Source: Trichosphaerium sp. ATCC 40318
Taxonomy: Eukaryota > Protista > Tubulinea
Reading direction: 5' to 3'
Assembly: GCA_038496445.1 (NCBI GenBank)
Contig: JALMLS010000075.1
Location: forward strand, 62,001 to 126,000
Length of the DNA stretch: 64,000 nt
Within the stretch, counting starts at the first letter, position 1; each line of letters starts with the position of its first letter. The notes below the pieces were generated by a model, which saw only the letters and a list, made by a program, of their open reading frames with translations, did not search any database and was not told the DNA's origin. Below are positions 1 to 12,368 of the stretch, one piece after another. The position numbers were made by a program, and so were the translations under genes.

Positions 1-1617
1 CAGCTTTCCAAATATCACGTGTTCCTTACAAGAATATCAGCTCTTATTTCTGTAAATAATAGGCATATGGCGGAGGAGGGAGACAATTCAAGCGTTAGAA
101 AAGCGCAATTAAAGCCATTGACAGTATTCAAAGGAACAGACAGCGCCATTGATAAAATAAACAACGCAGGAAACTTTATATTTGATCCGAATGGAAAGAA
201 CAACGATAATTACGTAGACAGGTAATTCGTTAGTGCCACGGCACTGTACATAGGTTAATACGCTTAGACTAATACGCACGCATCGCGCGAAAACGCCTGT
301 GGATGGTTTGGGTCAAGGTTTGCTTGGGCTCGGTAATAACTTGTACAAGGGTGTAACCGGCGTTGTAGTACGTTGGAAATGCGATAGCACTCTTGTGTTG
401 TGAAATTCAAATGTTACATAGACTGAACCTGTTCGTGGAGCATCAAAACAAGGCACTATGGGATTTATGAAAGGTCTAGGAAAAGGCCTAACAGGGTAGA
501 AAATTAAACAGAAATTACAAAAAAATAAGAAATTTAATTGTGTTATTTAGATTAGTGACGAAACCTGTTGCTGGTGTTGTTACATTGACTTGTCAAACAG
601 CTGAAGGTATTGTAAATACACCAAGGACAATTGCAAGGGCAACAGGGAGAAGAAGGAAGAGTAAGTTAAGGAATAGCACTAATTCAAGCAGAAAATCTGA
701 TTCAGTGTAGAGGATAAAAAAGGTGCTATTGATACGGACAAGGACGTATCAGATTCAAGCAGTGAATCGACTCTTCAAAACACTGATGTTCACTTTATAC
801 AACCGCTTATTTCAACCATAATTGCTAAAGGTAAGAAGAAGTTTATTTTTCTTAACTTTTTTCATTTTGTGCTAACAACAAAAAAGGCTTGGCCGTTCCT
901 AGTTTATTCTCAAAAAACGGAGACTATGCCAAGGTTACTGCTGTGAAAAATAAAATAACCAATGGAACACGTATAGACTTTAGAGCATATGATGTACATG
1001 TGTTGGGAAGCGTTCTCTTAGTATGATGAGCCTTTTAAATAGTCTTCTTTAACTTCTCATACGATTATAGATGTATTGTAGTGATTTGCCTGATTCTCTC
1101 ATTCCATCAAGGCTCTACCAAGATTGCATAGAAGTTGGCAAACAACTTAAAGATGCAAAGCAGGCAAACCAAGACAACGAAAAACTAATATCTAGCGTCA
1201 AGAAAATCCTTTCGCAAGTGCCATCTAAAAACGAAGTACGTCTGTCTTGTTTTGGTTTTACGTACTAACTATTACATAGACAGTATTCGCTTTGGTTATT
1301 TTAATGTTATACGAACTATCACAGGGGCTTAGCGACTCTAAAAAGAGACTAATGCAGCTATCAAAAGTTTGGGTAAAAAATAACCGGTTTTTACCTCTTG
1401 AACACGTGTTAACCGCGTGTAATGTTCTGCTGTGCTTACTTGGAACTAGGTTAATGTTCTTACATACAAGCTAGATGGAGACGAGAACGCAGCAAGCATG
1501 GCAACCTTGGACTATAACGAGAAAAGTGCTTGCCGTTTTTTGGCCTTTATTGTATCTAACTGTGATATTTTCTTCCCTGCTGAGGATATATCAACTACTA
1601 GTAGCGTGTCAATGTAG
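1..1617 (+). CDS. 3' part of a VPS13/ATG2-type C-terminal (ATG_C) domain protein followed by a RhoGAP-like domain (spliced, 5'-truncated)
   Basis: Spliced translation gives TPVDGLGQGLLGLGNNLYKGVTGVV-TEPVRGASKQGTMGFMKGLGKGLTG-LVTKPVAGVV (VPS13/ATG2 C-terminal helices), then YDVHVLGSVLLMYCSDLPDSLIP...ILSQVP (RhoGAP-like). Stop TAG at 1615-1617. Confidence 0.7.
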
Positions 1618-1758
1618 AGTACAAGTTCGAATGTATTAATAAAGCGCAAGTGGGGGACTGTTTACTCTAAAACCGTTCGTTGAAAGACGTAACTTAAACC
1701 GCCTTGTAATTACAACGAAAAATACCTCAAGCATACTGTATTTCAAACGTTTTAAAGT

Positions 1759-4186
1759 ATGTTTAGTAGTAGCAGCTCATCTGACTCAGAAGACGAACTC
1801 CCACATGTACGTTAAAACAGCGCTTGTGTTTGTAGTAATATTACTTAGATAATAGTTAATGATGATGCTGACGCACCCAACAATGGCATTGTTAGTACGC
1901 CTCCTAGTTTTAATACATGATAGTAGCTTTAATCAGTATCTAACTATATATGTGTAGTACGACGTAGACTACATCTTGGAGGACGTCCAAACAAGTTCGA
2001 TGAGGAAAATATTTCTGGAGCCAGTGTATTTAATTTTTATTCCAAAATTGTGCGTTTACAGCGTGTAGGATATTCCAAACGGTCCAGTTGTACTTGTAGA
2101 GAGCACAAACTTCTGTTTGAACTTTTATCAATACGAATTATGTGTACGTGCGTTATAAACGCAGATAAGCACATATCGCATGCGCTAATAACGTCTTTAT
2201 AGTTTACAGACACCGACCTCGAATTCTACGTGAAGGTAACAGAAACACCCTCTATGATATCTTTTCGGCGTTGTTAACCGCTTACGCACCTTTTTTTACA
2301 TGAAACAACTTACAATAAGCGCAGGAAAATCCATTTCCAATTTTTAGCATTCAGCTCGCCAAAATACTCGAAATTAGGGATGTTGAATCAAATACAATGT
2401 CATTCGAAGTTGTAACGGCAGATAAAGTACAAAATAATTCCAACCGAATTTTTAGTCAGAAAAACTGACAGTTTTTTTTCCTTTTTCTTTTCGTTGCTGA
2501 CCAAGCGTTTGTAGGTGTTTCAACTTCGTTCTAATTTTCCGTACCATGAAACATGGCGTCGCGAGATAATAAAATGGACCAATATACATAAAGAAGAAGT
2601 TGATAACGCTGCGGAGGAAGAAGAGTTTGTTGTACGTCTTATGTTAATGAAAACATGCGCTTGGATTTTTCTCTCTTTCACATTTATTAATTTATTGATT
2701 AGCCTGGTGCTCCATATTATGAAGACATTGCTTACGTACCACCAGAGATGTTTTTACTCATTTGGGAAATGATTGGCCCAATTGATACGCTTCGCAATAT
2801 CTCCTTGGTAAATACAATTATTTTTTCAGCTGTCAAACACTTTCTAATGTTCTGTTTTAGGTATGCCGAACATGGAATTCTCACGCATCTTACCATAGCT
2901 TCGGTGTGCGTTTCTGGAAGCACCAGTACTTTAAACATTACGGTAAGACCAAAGAAAGTTAAAGATTTTTGTTAGAATATGTTTTTCAACGAAATTCATC
3001 ACACTGTTTTAGGCGAATATCCTCAAGGTTTAGATGATAGTATGTACTTTAGTTCAATACGTATGTCAATGAACTTATAATTTTATAGTATCTTGGAGTG
3101 AGCGCTTTAATAAACGCCGTAAGGTCGAGAAAGATCGTCTTTGGGATCACATTACGTTTAATTTCAACGATGATAATTTGTATGTTGCATCCAGTAAATC
3201 ACGTTTTGCAACATGGAGACCAAATATATGTACGCAAATATACACTATTATTATTAACATATATGAAGCATTGTGGTCCGGTAAATGGTACTACGAGGTA
3301 ATTCTTCGCGAGGATGTTAAAGAGCATCAACTTGGATGGTAAAAAATTAACCAAGCTGCTTTTATTTGACTTTGTTTTTCAGGTTGGGCCTAACTTGCAC
3401 ACCAAAGCCATTTGTACGTGTATTATTATGAGACAATTAATTTATATTATATAGGGCCTTACTCTGAAAGGAGTTGGTGACGATGATAACTCATGGGTAA
3501 TATTAACTTTTAAATTTATTTTTTTGGTTTTTTTTTGAAACCAGCGGCTTCTAATCTCCTTTATAGTCTTGGGATGCAAAGAGACAACAAACTTTCTTTA
3601 AAGAACAAGATGCAAAATTTGGCACAGACCAAAAGCCTGGCAAAAAGGGGTCTGTAATTGGCGTTTACATAGGTACTTTTTTATTGTTTTCCCGATTTCG
3701 GTTTTTATCATCAGTCGTGGATTGCACTCTTCTGCAGAGATATCAATCGTAGTATATTAAAAGTATTGAGCCTTTGTCTTACACGTGTGCTTAGATCTTG
3801 ACGAGCTGACTATAAGTTACTCATTGGATGGAAACTTTTTGGGCGTAGCTTTCAAAGGTAATTGCTTTTGTGGTTTCGATGAAATTCCATTTTCCCTGTG
3901 CTTATGTGTCAATGTATCTAGATATTAAACCCAACCTACCCGTTTACCCAGCATGCAGTGTTTATACTGAGACTATGGAGATTGAATTTGTTCTACACAG
4001 GACGCATCAAAAGTACCTACCTTTCCGTTGTTGCTTCTTTTTTCGTTTTTTTCAACATTGACTTATGTACCTTTTAGACATCCACCAGAAGATTATAAAT
4101 CAGTTGGACAAGGTATTCCAGAAAGTGGTATTTGTCTTGATACTTGCATTGGAAAAACTCATTTCGAGTCATACCGTAATAGGTAA
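1759..4186 (+). CDS. PH-like + F-box + SPRY domain protein (multi-exon)
   Basis: PH-like FEVVTADK-VFQLRS...ETWRREIIKW; F-box PPEMFLLIWEMIGPIDTLRNISLVCRTWN; SPRY GKWYYEV..QLGW..GVGDDDNSW..GSVIGVYIDLD..ISYSLDGNFLGVAF..VYPACSV. Confidence 0.75.
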
Positions 4187-4687
4187 GTGAATGGATTAGG
4201 TTTTTTTTGGTGAAATTTTTTCTATTCTATTCTATTTTCGTGGTCAAGTCCATTTCGGTCTTGTTTCAAATTTGGAGTCTGGCTTAAAGCAGGCCCTTGG
4301 GCCCGGCTCCTTGTCGAGCCACTTGTCAGTCTGGTACATGTACATCCAGCTGACTGTAATTTTTTATCACAATTTAATTTTTGGTTAAGGTACATGCAAC
4401 AATACAACTAAGCGAAAATAAACGATTATTTTATCTCACCTATTATACTTGACCGTTTTTGTGTCCACCACATGCACTTTGTGTTGTTTACCATAAGTTG
4501 ACAAACAAGCAGTTTTTACTTCTTTTTCCCATTTACCAAGCTTTATGTCATTACCCGAATATTTTTGGAATTTCAAAACACGTGAGTTTTTCATATTTAG
4601 CGTTAAGTGTAGCGAATAGAATTGACTTCGCACGATAGATTATCGTGACTTTTACGTGCAGATAGTGATTGCGTACTTGTCTACAAA

Positions 4688-5724
4688 ATGGCAGAAAGGT
4701 GCGGACGTGCCATTGTATATTGCTCACTAGTCGTAGTACAACATGGTCATTTGAAGGCTTCCTACAAAAACTTACGCCCACGAAAGCTGACTTTAACAGT
4801 CATACCGTTCGTGCTCCACCAAGGAAACCAAGGGATGGAGCTGTCAAAATTCTCGAGACCTCGAAAGGTAAATTACGCAAAATAGGCGATTTTACAGGCG
4901 CAGGTTCATTCTCATGGCGTAACGGAACTAAGTGAGAGTTTATCACCGATCAGAAAACAAGTCTACTTATGATGTTGTAGATTCACTGGTGAGTGGAGAA
5001 ATGGACAGCTGTACGAGGGTGAGATGACGTGGCCGGATGGAACAAAATACAATGGTGCGTAGCTGAAAAATGCAAATCTACAAAAAGTACAAAAGCGCCT
5101 AAACGAGTGCGTAGGCAAGTACAGAGACAACGAGATGTTCGGATACGGCAGTATTCACTACCCCAGCGGCAAAGTATACACAGGCTACGTTCGAGACGGG
5201 AAGAAAAATGGCGTTGGAACTACAACGTATCCGAACAAAAACGAATATCATGGCGAATGGAAAGACAACAAGCTTCAAGGTAGCGGAATGGCACTGATGG
5301 CAAGAGGAAGGAGATATGAAGGAGAATGGGTCAATAACAAGCCTAGCGGACGCGGCGTTATGACTTGGCCTGACGGTCGTCGATATGTTGGCGAATTCTT
5401 GTCGGGACGAAAAGAAGGTAATCAAAAAAAAACAGCAACAACTTTTTTACCTTTCCTTCACTATCACTTACGATCTTTGCACTAGGCTATGGTGTCATGA
5501 AATGGCCAAACGGCGATAAATACTGTGGCATGTGGCTCAATAATTGCATGCACGGTCAAGGGCTATTCTTTAACGCTGATCTTAACTCAGAGTACGAAGG
5601 TTTCCATAGACGCAATAAGTGTCATGGTAGAGGCATCTTAAGGGATCACACAGGATACAAGTTCAAAGTAAGATTCAGATCAGGGGATATAATAAAGAAA
5701 GAACGCTACCATGAACATGCTTAG
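4688..5724 (+). CDS. MORN repeat protein
   Basis: Repeated Y.GEW..NK..G.G.MTWPDG motifs across spliced exons. Confidence 0.85.
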
Positions 5725-5790
5725 AGAGCATCAAAGTCAGTTGTTAAGACGAAAGCCATTGTGCAAATAAAGGAATACGTTTACTACTTT

Positions 5791-6638
5791 TTACCAAGCA
5801 TTTTTGCGCCAATTGAATCCTTCTTTAAAGTCACATATCCTATAACCACATAGTGTTTGACCCCATAACTTCAAGTGATCATATGTAAGGCTTTTTTGCT
5901 GTGCTATTATCTGTGCAACAAAAGAGTGAGATTTAAACCTCCAAACGAACTTGCAAAAACAGTACATTTTCAAACAGTGATTTCCAATGATCTACAGTAT
6001 CGTTATCTACAAAAAATAACCATCGTGTCCATATAAGGTACTGTGTTGCTTTACGAGCGCATTTTGTCCATGAAACACAAAAATCAGCGGACAAGTATTT
6101 TGTAATATAAACGCCAGTCAAAGCAATGACTTCCTTTCCTTTTTGGAACAATTAGTCAAACAAAAATAAACACTAAAAATAGATAACGGTATTTCTTGGT
6201 CACGTGCATACTATCAAACAAAAAGAAAGCTTAAGGTTTACCTGGTGGTATAGAAAAATGAGGTAATGGTATGTCAGGTACCAACCCCTTTTTACCAACA
6301 TGAAGTGTTGAATCCTTTGTTATCATTATACGATGGCTTGGCCATGCGTCTTTGTCATTAGGTTTGAATAAAAGGAGCATGTTAAGCTTGTTTAGGACCG
6401 AGAAAGGACGTAAGGCAGCAGACTGTCGGATTCTTCTTTAGTATTAGTGATTTTGTTTAAAACTGCCAGAAATAGCCCACACAGTACTTACTCACATATA
6501 CCATGCATTTTAAAGTTATTTCGAGCCGTTGCTTCTTTGTACGTGAACGAATTCGTCTGTATTATTATTAGTGTTTTGAAATCATTATATGGGTACTAGA
6601 ATAAATTTTGCGCGTCTTGTAAGCTTTTCTACTCCCAT
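5791..6638 (-). CDS. Hypothetical protein (spliced)
   Basis: ATG at 6638 (MGVEKLTRRAK), GT-AG introns join the ORF segments, ends ...FNWRKNAW*. No family recognised. Confidence 0.45.
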
Positions 6639-7009
6639 TGGCGCTATGAAGCTAAACTAGTTATAATTTTAGTTTTAAATGATCAAGGCACCTGCATGTT
6701 CGCGTAAAATTCAATAGAGACGCTATAATAGATTAAATAAGATAAACAATTAACAATTTGCCCTACACAGTTCCATATTATCAGCTATCATATGTAGTAA
6801 CTCTACGGGTAAATCCAGAAACGACATTTAGTACTAGGTAGCAAACCGTTACAAATTCACTAAAAAATGATGCCCAAATAAGCAAGCGCTATATTTAAGC
6901 CTCTTGTAAGCTCAAGCAAACCTGTCACGGTGTTTTAACACCGACAAAGGGTTAACGTTTATTGTATGCAGTAGTCTTTGAAGCTTGGGTAGTAAGATTC
7001 AATGACAAA

Positions 7010-7730
7010 CTATGGAGCAAACTTTCGATAAGCACCAACGAGAGTTTTTGTATCAATTCTGGTTTTCTTGACTGCCTCTGTGGACGCTATTGCGTCAAAC
7101 CATCCAAGAAGATGTGTATAAGACGTTGGAATTTCAAAGCCACGTAGTTCTTTCAGTACAACCATTGTACGCTCCAAAAAAGGAAAGCACATTACTTCAG
7201 CAAAACCTAGAGTTTTTCTTCCATTTACAAAAGGTGACGCCTGCCATTCTCCGCCCAATTTCTCATTGAGTTCTTTTAAAGCATCAAGTAGCTCGGTTTT
7301 GAGAGTTTTACGCGTTTCAGAGTTTGAAGTGCCCAAGAAGCGAAATATCTGCTTTCTTAGCTTGGTTTCAAACCAAGAAACCATACACTGTTGATTTACA
7401 ATGTCTAACGCGCCTTTGTTGAATTTTGTGTCCAGGTACTTTACAATAAGCTCTGATTGGCATAGAACCGTATCATCGTGCGTAATGAGAGGGACTGTGC
7501 GTTGTAAATAACCGAAATGACTACATTTTCGTGCCTGTTGATCTTGATGACTCCACTCTACCCTCTGCGCGTAAATAAAGTGCCTCGAATTCAATAGGCT
7601 TATTCCACAAATCGATTACGTTCAGATTGAATGGTACGTCTTTTAAACCAAGAGTAATCCATACACGTTGAGCAAACGGGCACGATAGCGGCTCTCCGTG
7701 ATAAAAATTTAGTGTGTCAGTCGCGCTCAT
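7010..7730 (-). CDS. Glutathione S-transferase, Omega/DHAR/Lambda-like (Cys active site)
   Basis: SCPFAQRVWITL..K..P motif, VPLI..D..LCQSELIVKYLD, C-terminal GFAEVMCFPFLER..LLGWF. One intron near 7498-7525. Confidence 0.9.
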
Positions 7731-7799
7731 TGTAAAATACGGTTTTTGGGAGAACTGACTTCATCTGACTGTAAATCAAGTTGACATCCACTGTGAGAA

Positions 7800-10700
7800 A
7801 TGGCAAGCACGGCTAGTGCCATTGTACGACTACTGATGGGAATGTACGCTCACTACGGGTAGTTAACAAAAACAGTAAGTACAGCAGGTGACAAACAGTC
7901 TGGCCTGCGGATTAATGTACTAGAAGCTGAGATATTTGGAAAGCAGAAAGCCTCATGTACGTTAAAAATTTGCAAAAAACGAAAGCTAATAACAGCTGTC
8001 AAACAGCTTACCACTGCGAAATAAGCGTCAAGGGCAAGAAAACAAGCGGCAAGAAATATAAAACAGAACAAGCACGCAAAGAAAATGGTATTATATGGCA
8101 CAAACCCATTATAATTCCAGCGTACGTGCGTCGTACAACCTCCACAATAGTCTAAAAAATCCTCAAGCGCCACACCGCCGTTTACATTCACAGTAGCTCT
8201 TAAACGCAAAGATAGCGTTGTAGGAAGCAAGAAAATAACTCTGTCAGGTTTTTCACCAGTGCTAGACGATAAAGAAGTCCTTTGTCGCTGGTACAAGCTA
8301 ACAAAAGGTAATGATACAAATACCACTTGTAAGGTGTTCCTATCGTTTGTTTGTGTACCTACAAAGGTACGTACACTTATTTCTACTATCCTACAATGTA
8401 CCATTGGTAATAGCATGACAGCACATTCGCACTACAAACCCGAAAAAGCAGCCGAAAATTGCTTGTTACCCTGACTTAAGATTGTTTTTTGTGAAGTTTT
8501 TTGACATCGGTGTTTCTTGAGTCTATGCTTAAGTAAATCTATAGGAGTCAGTGGCTAAGGAAATATCGCAAATGTATAAAAAACTGCTCAGTAGGCCTTT
8601 GAAGACACTGATTAAAGAATTTTTAGAAATGCCTGAAAATCAAATCATCAGTACGTTCAAAATACATATAATTGAGTAATAATATAACTATTAGGTAGCC
8701 CTGACCTCAACACACTTAAAAAATCTATAGATGCACCCGCAAGTTTCATTGCTGATGCGGTATTCTTTTTTATCTCTTTCAATGAAATATTGTTTAAAGG
8801 TATTGTTGAACGTTGATTTAGTACGAGGATGAATCAGATGACATGGTATACCCATCCTACGAGAGCGTAGAAGACTTTAATAATACATATACAGTAGTTA
8901 CAGGTAAGTTAGATAAGACAATATACCAAAATGTTTGTTAAAAGTGCTTGGTAAATACTTGCTTTTAATTTTGCTGACTTCTTAAGACAATGCTTCTGAT
9001 GATGAAGATACACCCACATGGAAAGGATTTGAGTCTGATACCCAGTTAAATTTATCCATAGACGAAGAAGACGTCAAATTTACAAACTCCGCACGTGGTT
9101 TATTATTCAGGTAACAAAGTTTACTTACAATCTTTTATTTTAGGCAGACTTTAATGAACGTTTTCAACAATTAATGACAGCACTTGATAACACTCATGTA
9201 CAAGGCTCAAATCTATTTGAGTGCTCTAAAATTAATAATGAGATCATATACCTAGCCGAAGGTACGATGAGTACCAATGCTTCGGAAAAAAAACAGAAAA
9301 GACTAAATTTGGAAAATAGACTTTATCGAATCTGCGCGAATGTACGGCCGTATAATTATTGCTGAGAGGTATTTAATATAGTAGCTTTATAAAAAACGTT
9401 AACAGAGCCAATTTTAGGTACTTGCCCGTTGAGCAGAAAACAATTAAACCAATAAATCTTGGTGGAGTTATAGGTGGCATGAAATATATTGTACATAATG
9501 TATGTATAATTCGTGGTTCAAGGGTTGAAAGAAAAATAGATTGATGTATTATTAGATACTATTTAAATTTGCTGTTGCACAGGATAAAATGTTTGGTACT
9601 GATGCCAACGCTGCAAAGGTATGCAACCTTCTTTTTTTTTACTTATTTGAACCAGCCGGTACAAGTCTCAAAACAGTTTTGTTAGGCTGCAGGACATGAA
9701 TTGAAGGGAATGTTAGCGTATCATAATTGCAATATGAAAGGCATACATTTCCCTTTAGTATGTCTGATTGACTATAGAGGATTTAGATTAGTAGCAATGG
9801 TACATGTTTTAAGTTCAGCGTGTTAATTAAGTTTTAACATTTTCTAGACTGTCTTGCCAATTGGTCCTGAAACCCTTGTAGTGGGTTCTTCGAATGCTGG
9901 AGAAACTGTTCATATTGAAGATAACGCTATACTAAATAAATTAAAAAAAGCTGGTAAAGCATTAAATCTAGCGCCACATAGAACTATAGGTACTTGAATT
10001 TGATTTGTTATCTTTGGGTTATCTGATTCCTTGGAGGTTTGCCTGAAGGTGTCATGATGCCTTCTGTGTGTGACATGGAAGGACACGTATGTATCATTAA
10101 TCTCTTTCCTCTTAATGTTACATAGCTTGCGAAAGACGGGCGGCGGTATCTCCTAGATTTCAGTCGAGTACAAACAAAATTTTATGAACATATTGTAATT
10201 TTGTTGTTAGGTACTTCCTCCAGAAAAGCCACACAAAGGTCCTCATACGAAAGGATACCCTCATTTATACTACATGCTGCGTTCGGAGTTTGTAAGGAAT
10301 CATCCAGAACCATTATGCCCTGATGGTAAGACAAAAAAAAAACCAGATGAGCCTTAACCATTTTCCTAGCTTATTCAAGTTTTCTTCCTTCTGAATGTAG
10401 GGATAAACATAACAAAGCAGTGGCAGAAGCGACTGGGTAAGTATAAATTACTAGTAACACGGCATCAAACAACCTCCTAGATTGTATTATTAACGTTGGG
10501 TAGGTACCTACATCAAATACTCATCCCAACATTCGCTAAAAAACTCGAATACAAAGTCCATCGCGCAAGAGATAATGGCATATTAAACGCATTTCCTGTA
10601 AAACGTGAGCTTCACTCAGTTGGTATAAACCTAAGGTACGTTTTTGTTCAATGTGATTATTTTAATCACGTGCCTAGGCATATGGGTAAGCTATATGCAA

Positions 10701-12229
10701 GCTGCACATGTAAAGATACAAGGCGAATTCTTTTGATTGAAATGACTTCAAGGACTTTGAAGTCTTGGTTTAAATTATTACTTCGTAATAAGATGAAACA
10801 GCTTAAACTTCCTCTAGAACAAGCCTATATTGCTCTTATTGTAAATCAGCTTAATATTCATTTTGGTAATGTATTGGAACAGAGTTCTTCCGGGAAGAAA
10901 GCTCATTTAGCTAATTTTGTTGCAAACAAAAGAAGAGATCAATGGAATACGTGTATATTGCCACGTTTGATGTCTTACTTTGGTGATATATTTTCAAATG
11001 AAAGTAGTGATAAGGATTTTAGCCTTTATGATACTATAACTCAGACAAACGATTGTCAAGTTCAAGTATTCGAAAAACTTGTAAAAAGCTTAGGTATTGT
11101 TATTCATCCAAACAAACTCAAAAAGGTTCGTTTTTGCACCCTTTAATTTGCTGTCATGTGTGTTGACATGCTGACTTTGTTTTACTTATTTTTATGTAGA
11201 TTAATAACGGTGTTTGGTGTAATCATAAGGTTAATAGTCTACTATCAATGCAAACATTCACAAGAGAAGGTAAGACAAAAACTTTTTAACCTTTTAAAGA
11301 GCAAAAAACTACTCATAATATCCGCATGAATTCACAATCTGAAATACATCTTGTTTTCTTTATAATAAAGGTTATAACCTACCGTTTGAAACCAAAATTT
11401 TTGTATTCAGGCGGCATCTCAAAACATGCTTAACCCTTTTTTTTTTGCAGATCTTGTTCGCATTGACATTATCATAAAACACATGAATATTATTGAACAT
11501 GCACGTGGATATTTGCATAAACTACAAGGAAAACTGGCATTGTCTAAAGGAGATAAGAAATCTGGAATAGAGCTTTTAGAAAAAGCTCAAGATGAGCTAG
11601 AACAAGTACTTGCTTCCAACCCTACAGCCAAAGGTATTTTTCTTATTTTTTTCTTGACTTTCTTTTTGTATTGTACCCACGTTCTAAATTCTTTGATCTA
11701 GTCACCTTGAGAAATTTGGCTGATGTTAAGACCAATCTTTACTTGTGCCATAAAGAAGAGATGGGTGAAAGTGATGACGATGCTTCAAAAGTTCAGGATA
11801 TTGAAGATTTATTTAAACTTGCACTTGAAAGCGATCCTAATGATACTCATACGTTGTATCAAGTATGTATTTTTTTTCTCTTAAACACCATCTGTACGCT
11901 TACGCTTTACTATATAGTTTGGGTACTTTATTAAACGCAATGATGTTACAAAAGCAGAGGTAAAAAATACTCTTAGGTTTTTTTTCCTAATTGTTGAATA
12001 GATCTTGTTCCTACGCTCGCTCTTGTCCAACCCAAGCCATAGCGCAGTGTTAACAGCTCTTATTGAATTACTAAGGAAAAATAACCAGGAACAGAGAGCA
12101 TCAGAATTACAAGTACGTTGAGTCTTAGTCTGTTCCAGAAAACAGTTCACCCTCTAAGTTTCTTACTTCTTTATGTTTTAGAAATGGGGAGGACAGGCCT
12201 ACGACCAAGAAGTACATGAAGAAGATTAA
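7800..12229 (+). CDS. C2-like + Clu (clustered mitochondria) domain + TPR protein
   Basis: N-terminal C2-like strands (LRINVLEAE...RWYKL); Clu motifs DFNERFQ, YGRIIIAE, GGVIGGMKYIV, AAGHELKG, CLIDYRGFRL, DGRRYLLDFSRVLPPE, LRSEFV; C-terminal TPR helices (ALESDPND). Confidence 0.8.
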
Positions 12230-12368
12230 ATAAAGTAAGCGATGAAAACTGGCAAGAGGATGGTATCAACCAGACAAGTTTTAAAGGAAGCCGGAACTCG
12301 ATTTTAATAAACATATTTACAAAAAAAAAATTACAACAGCTATTTACAAACGTGAACAAACGAGTATC

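Noticed and set aside
7853-8416. 187-aa minus-strand ORF
   Set aside because: Antisense shadow of the C2-Clu exons.
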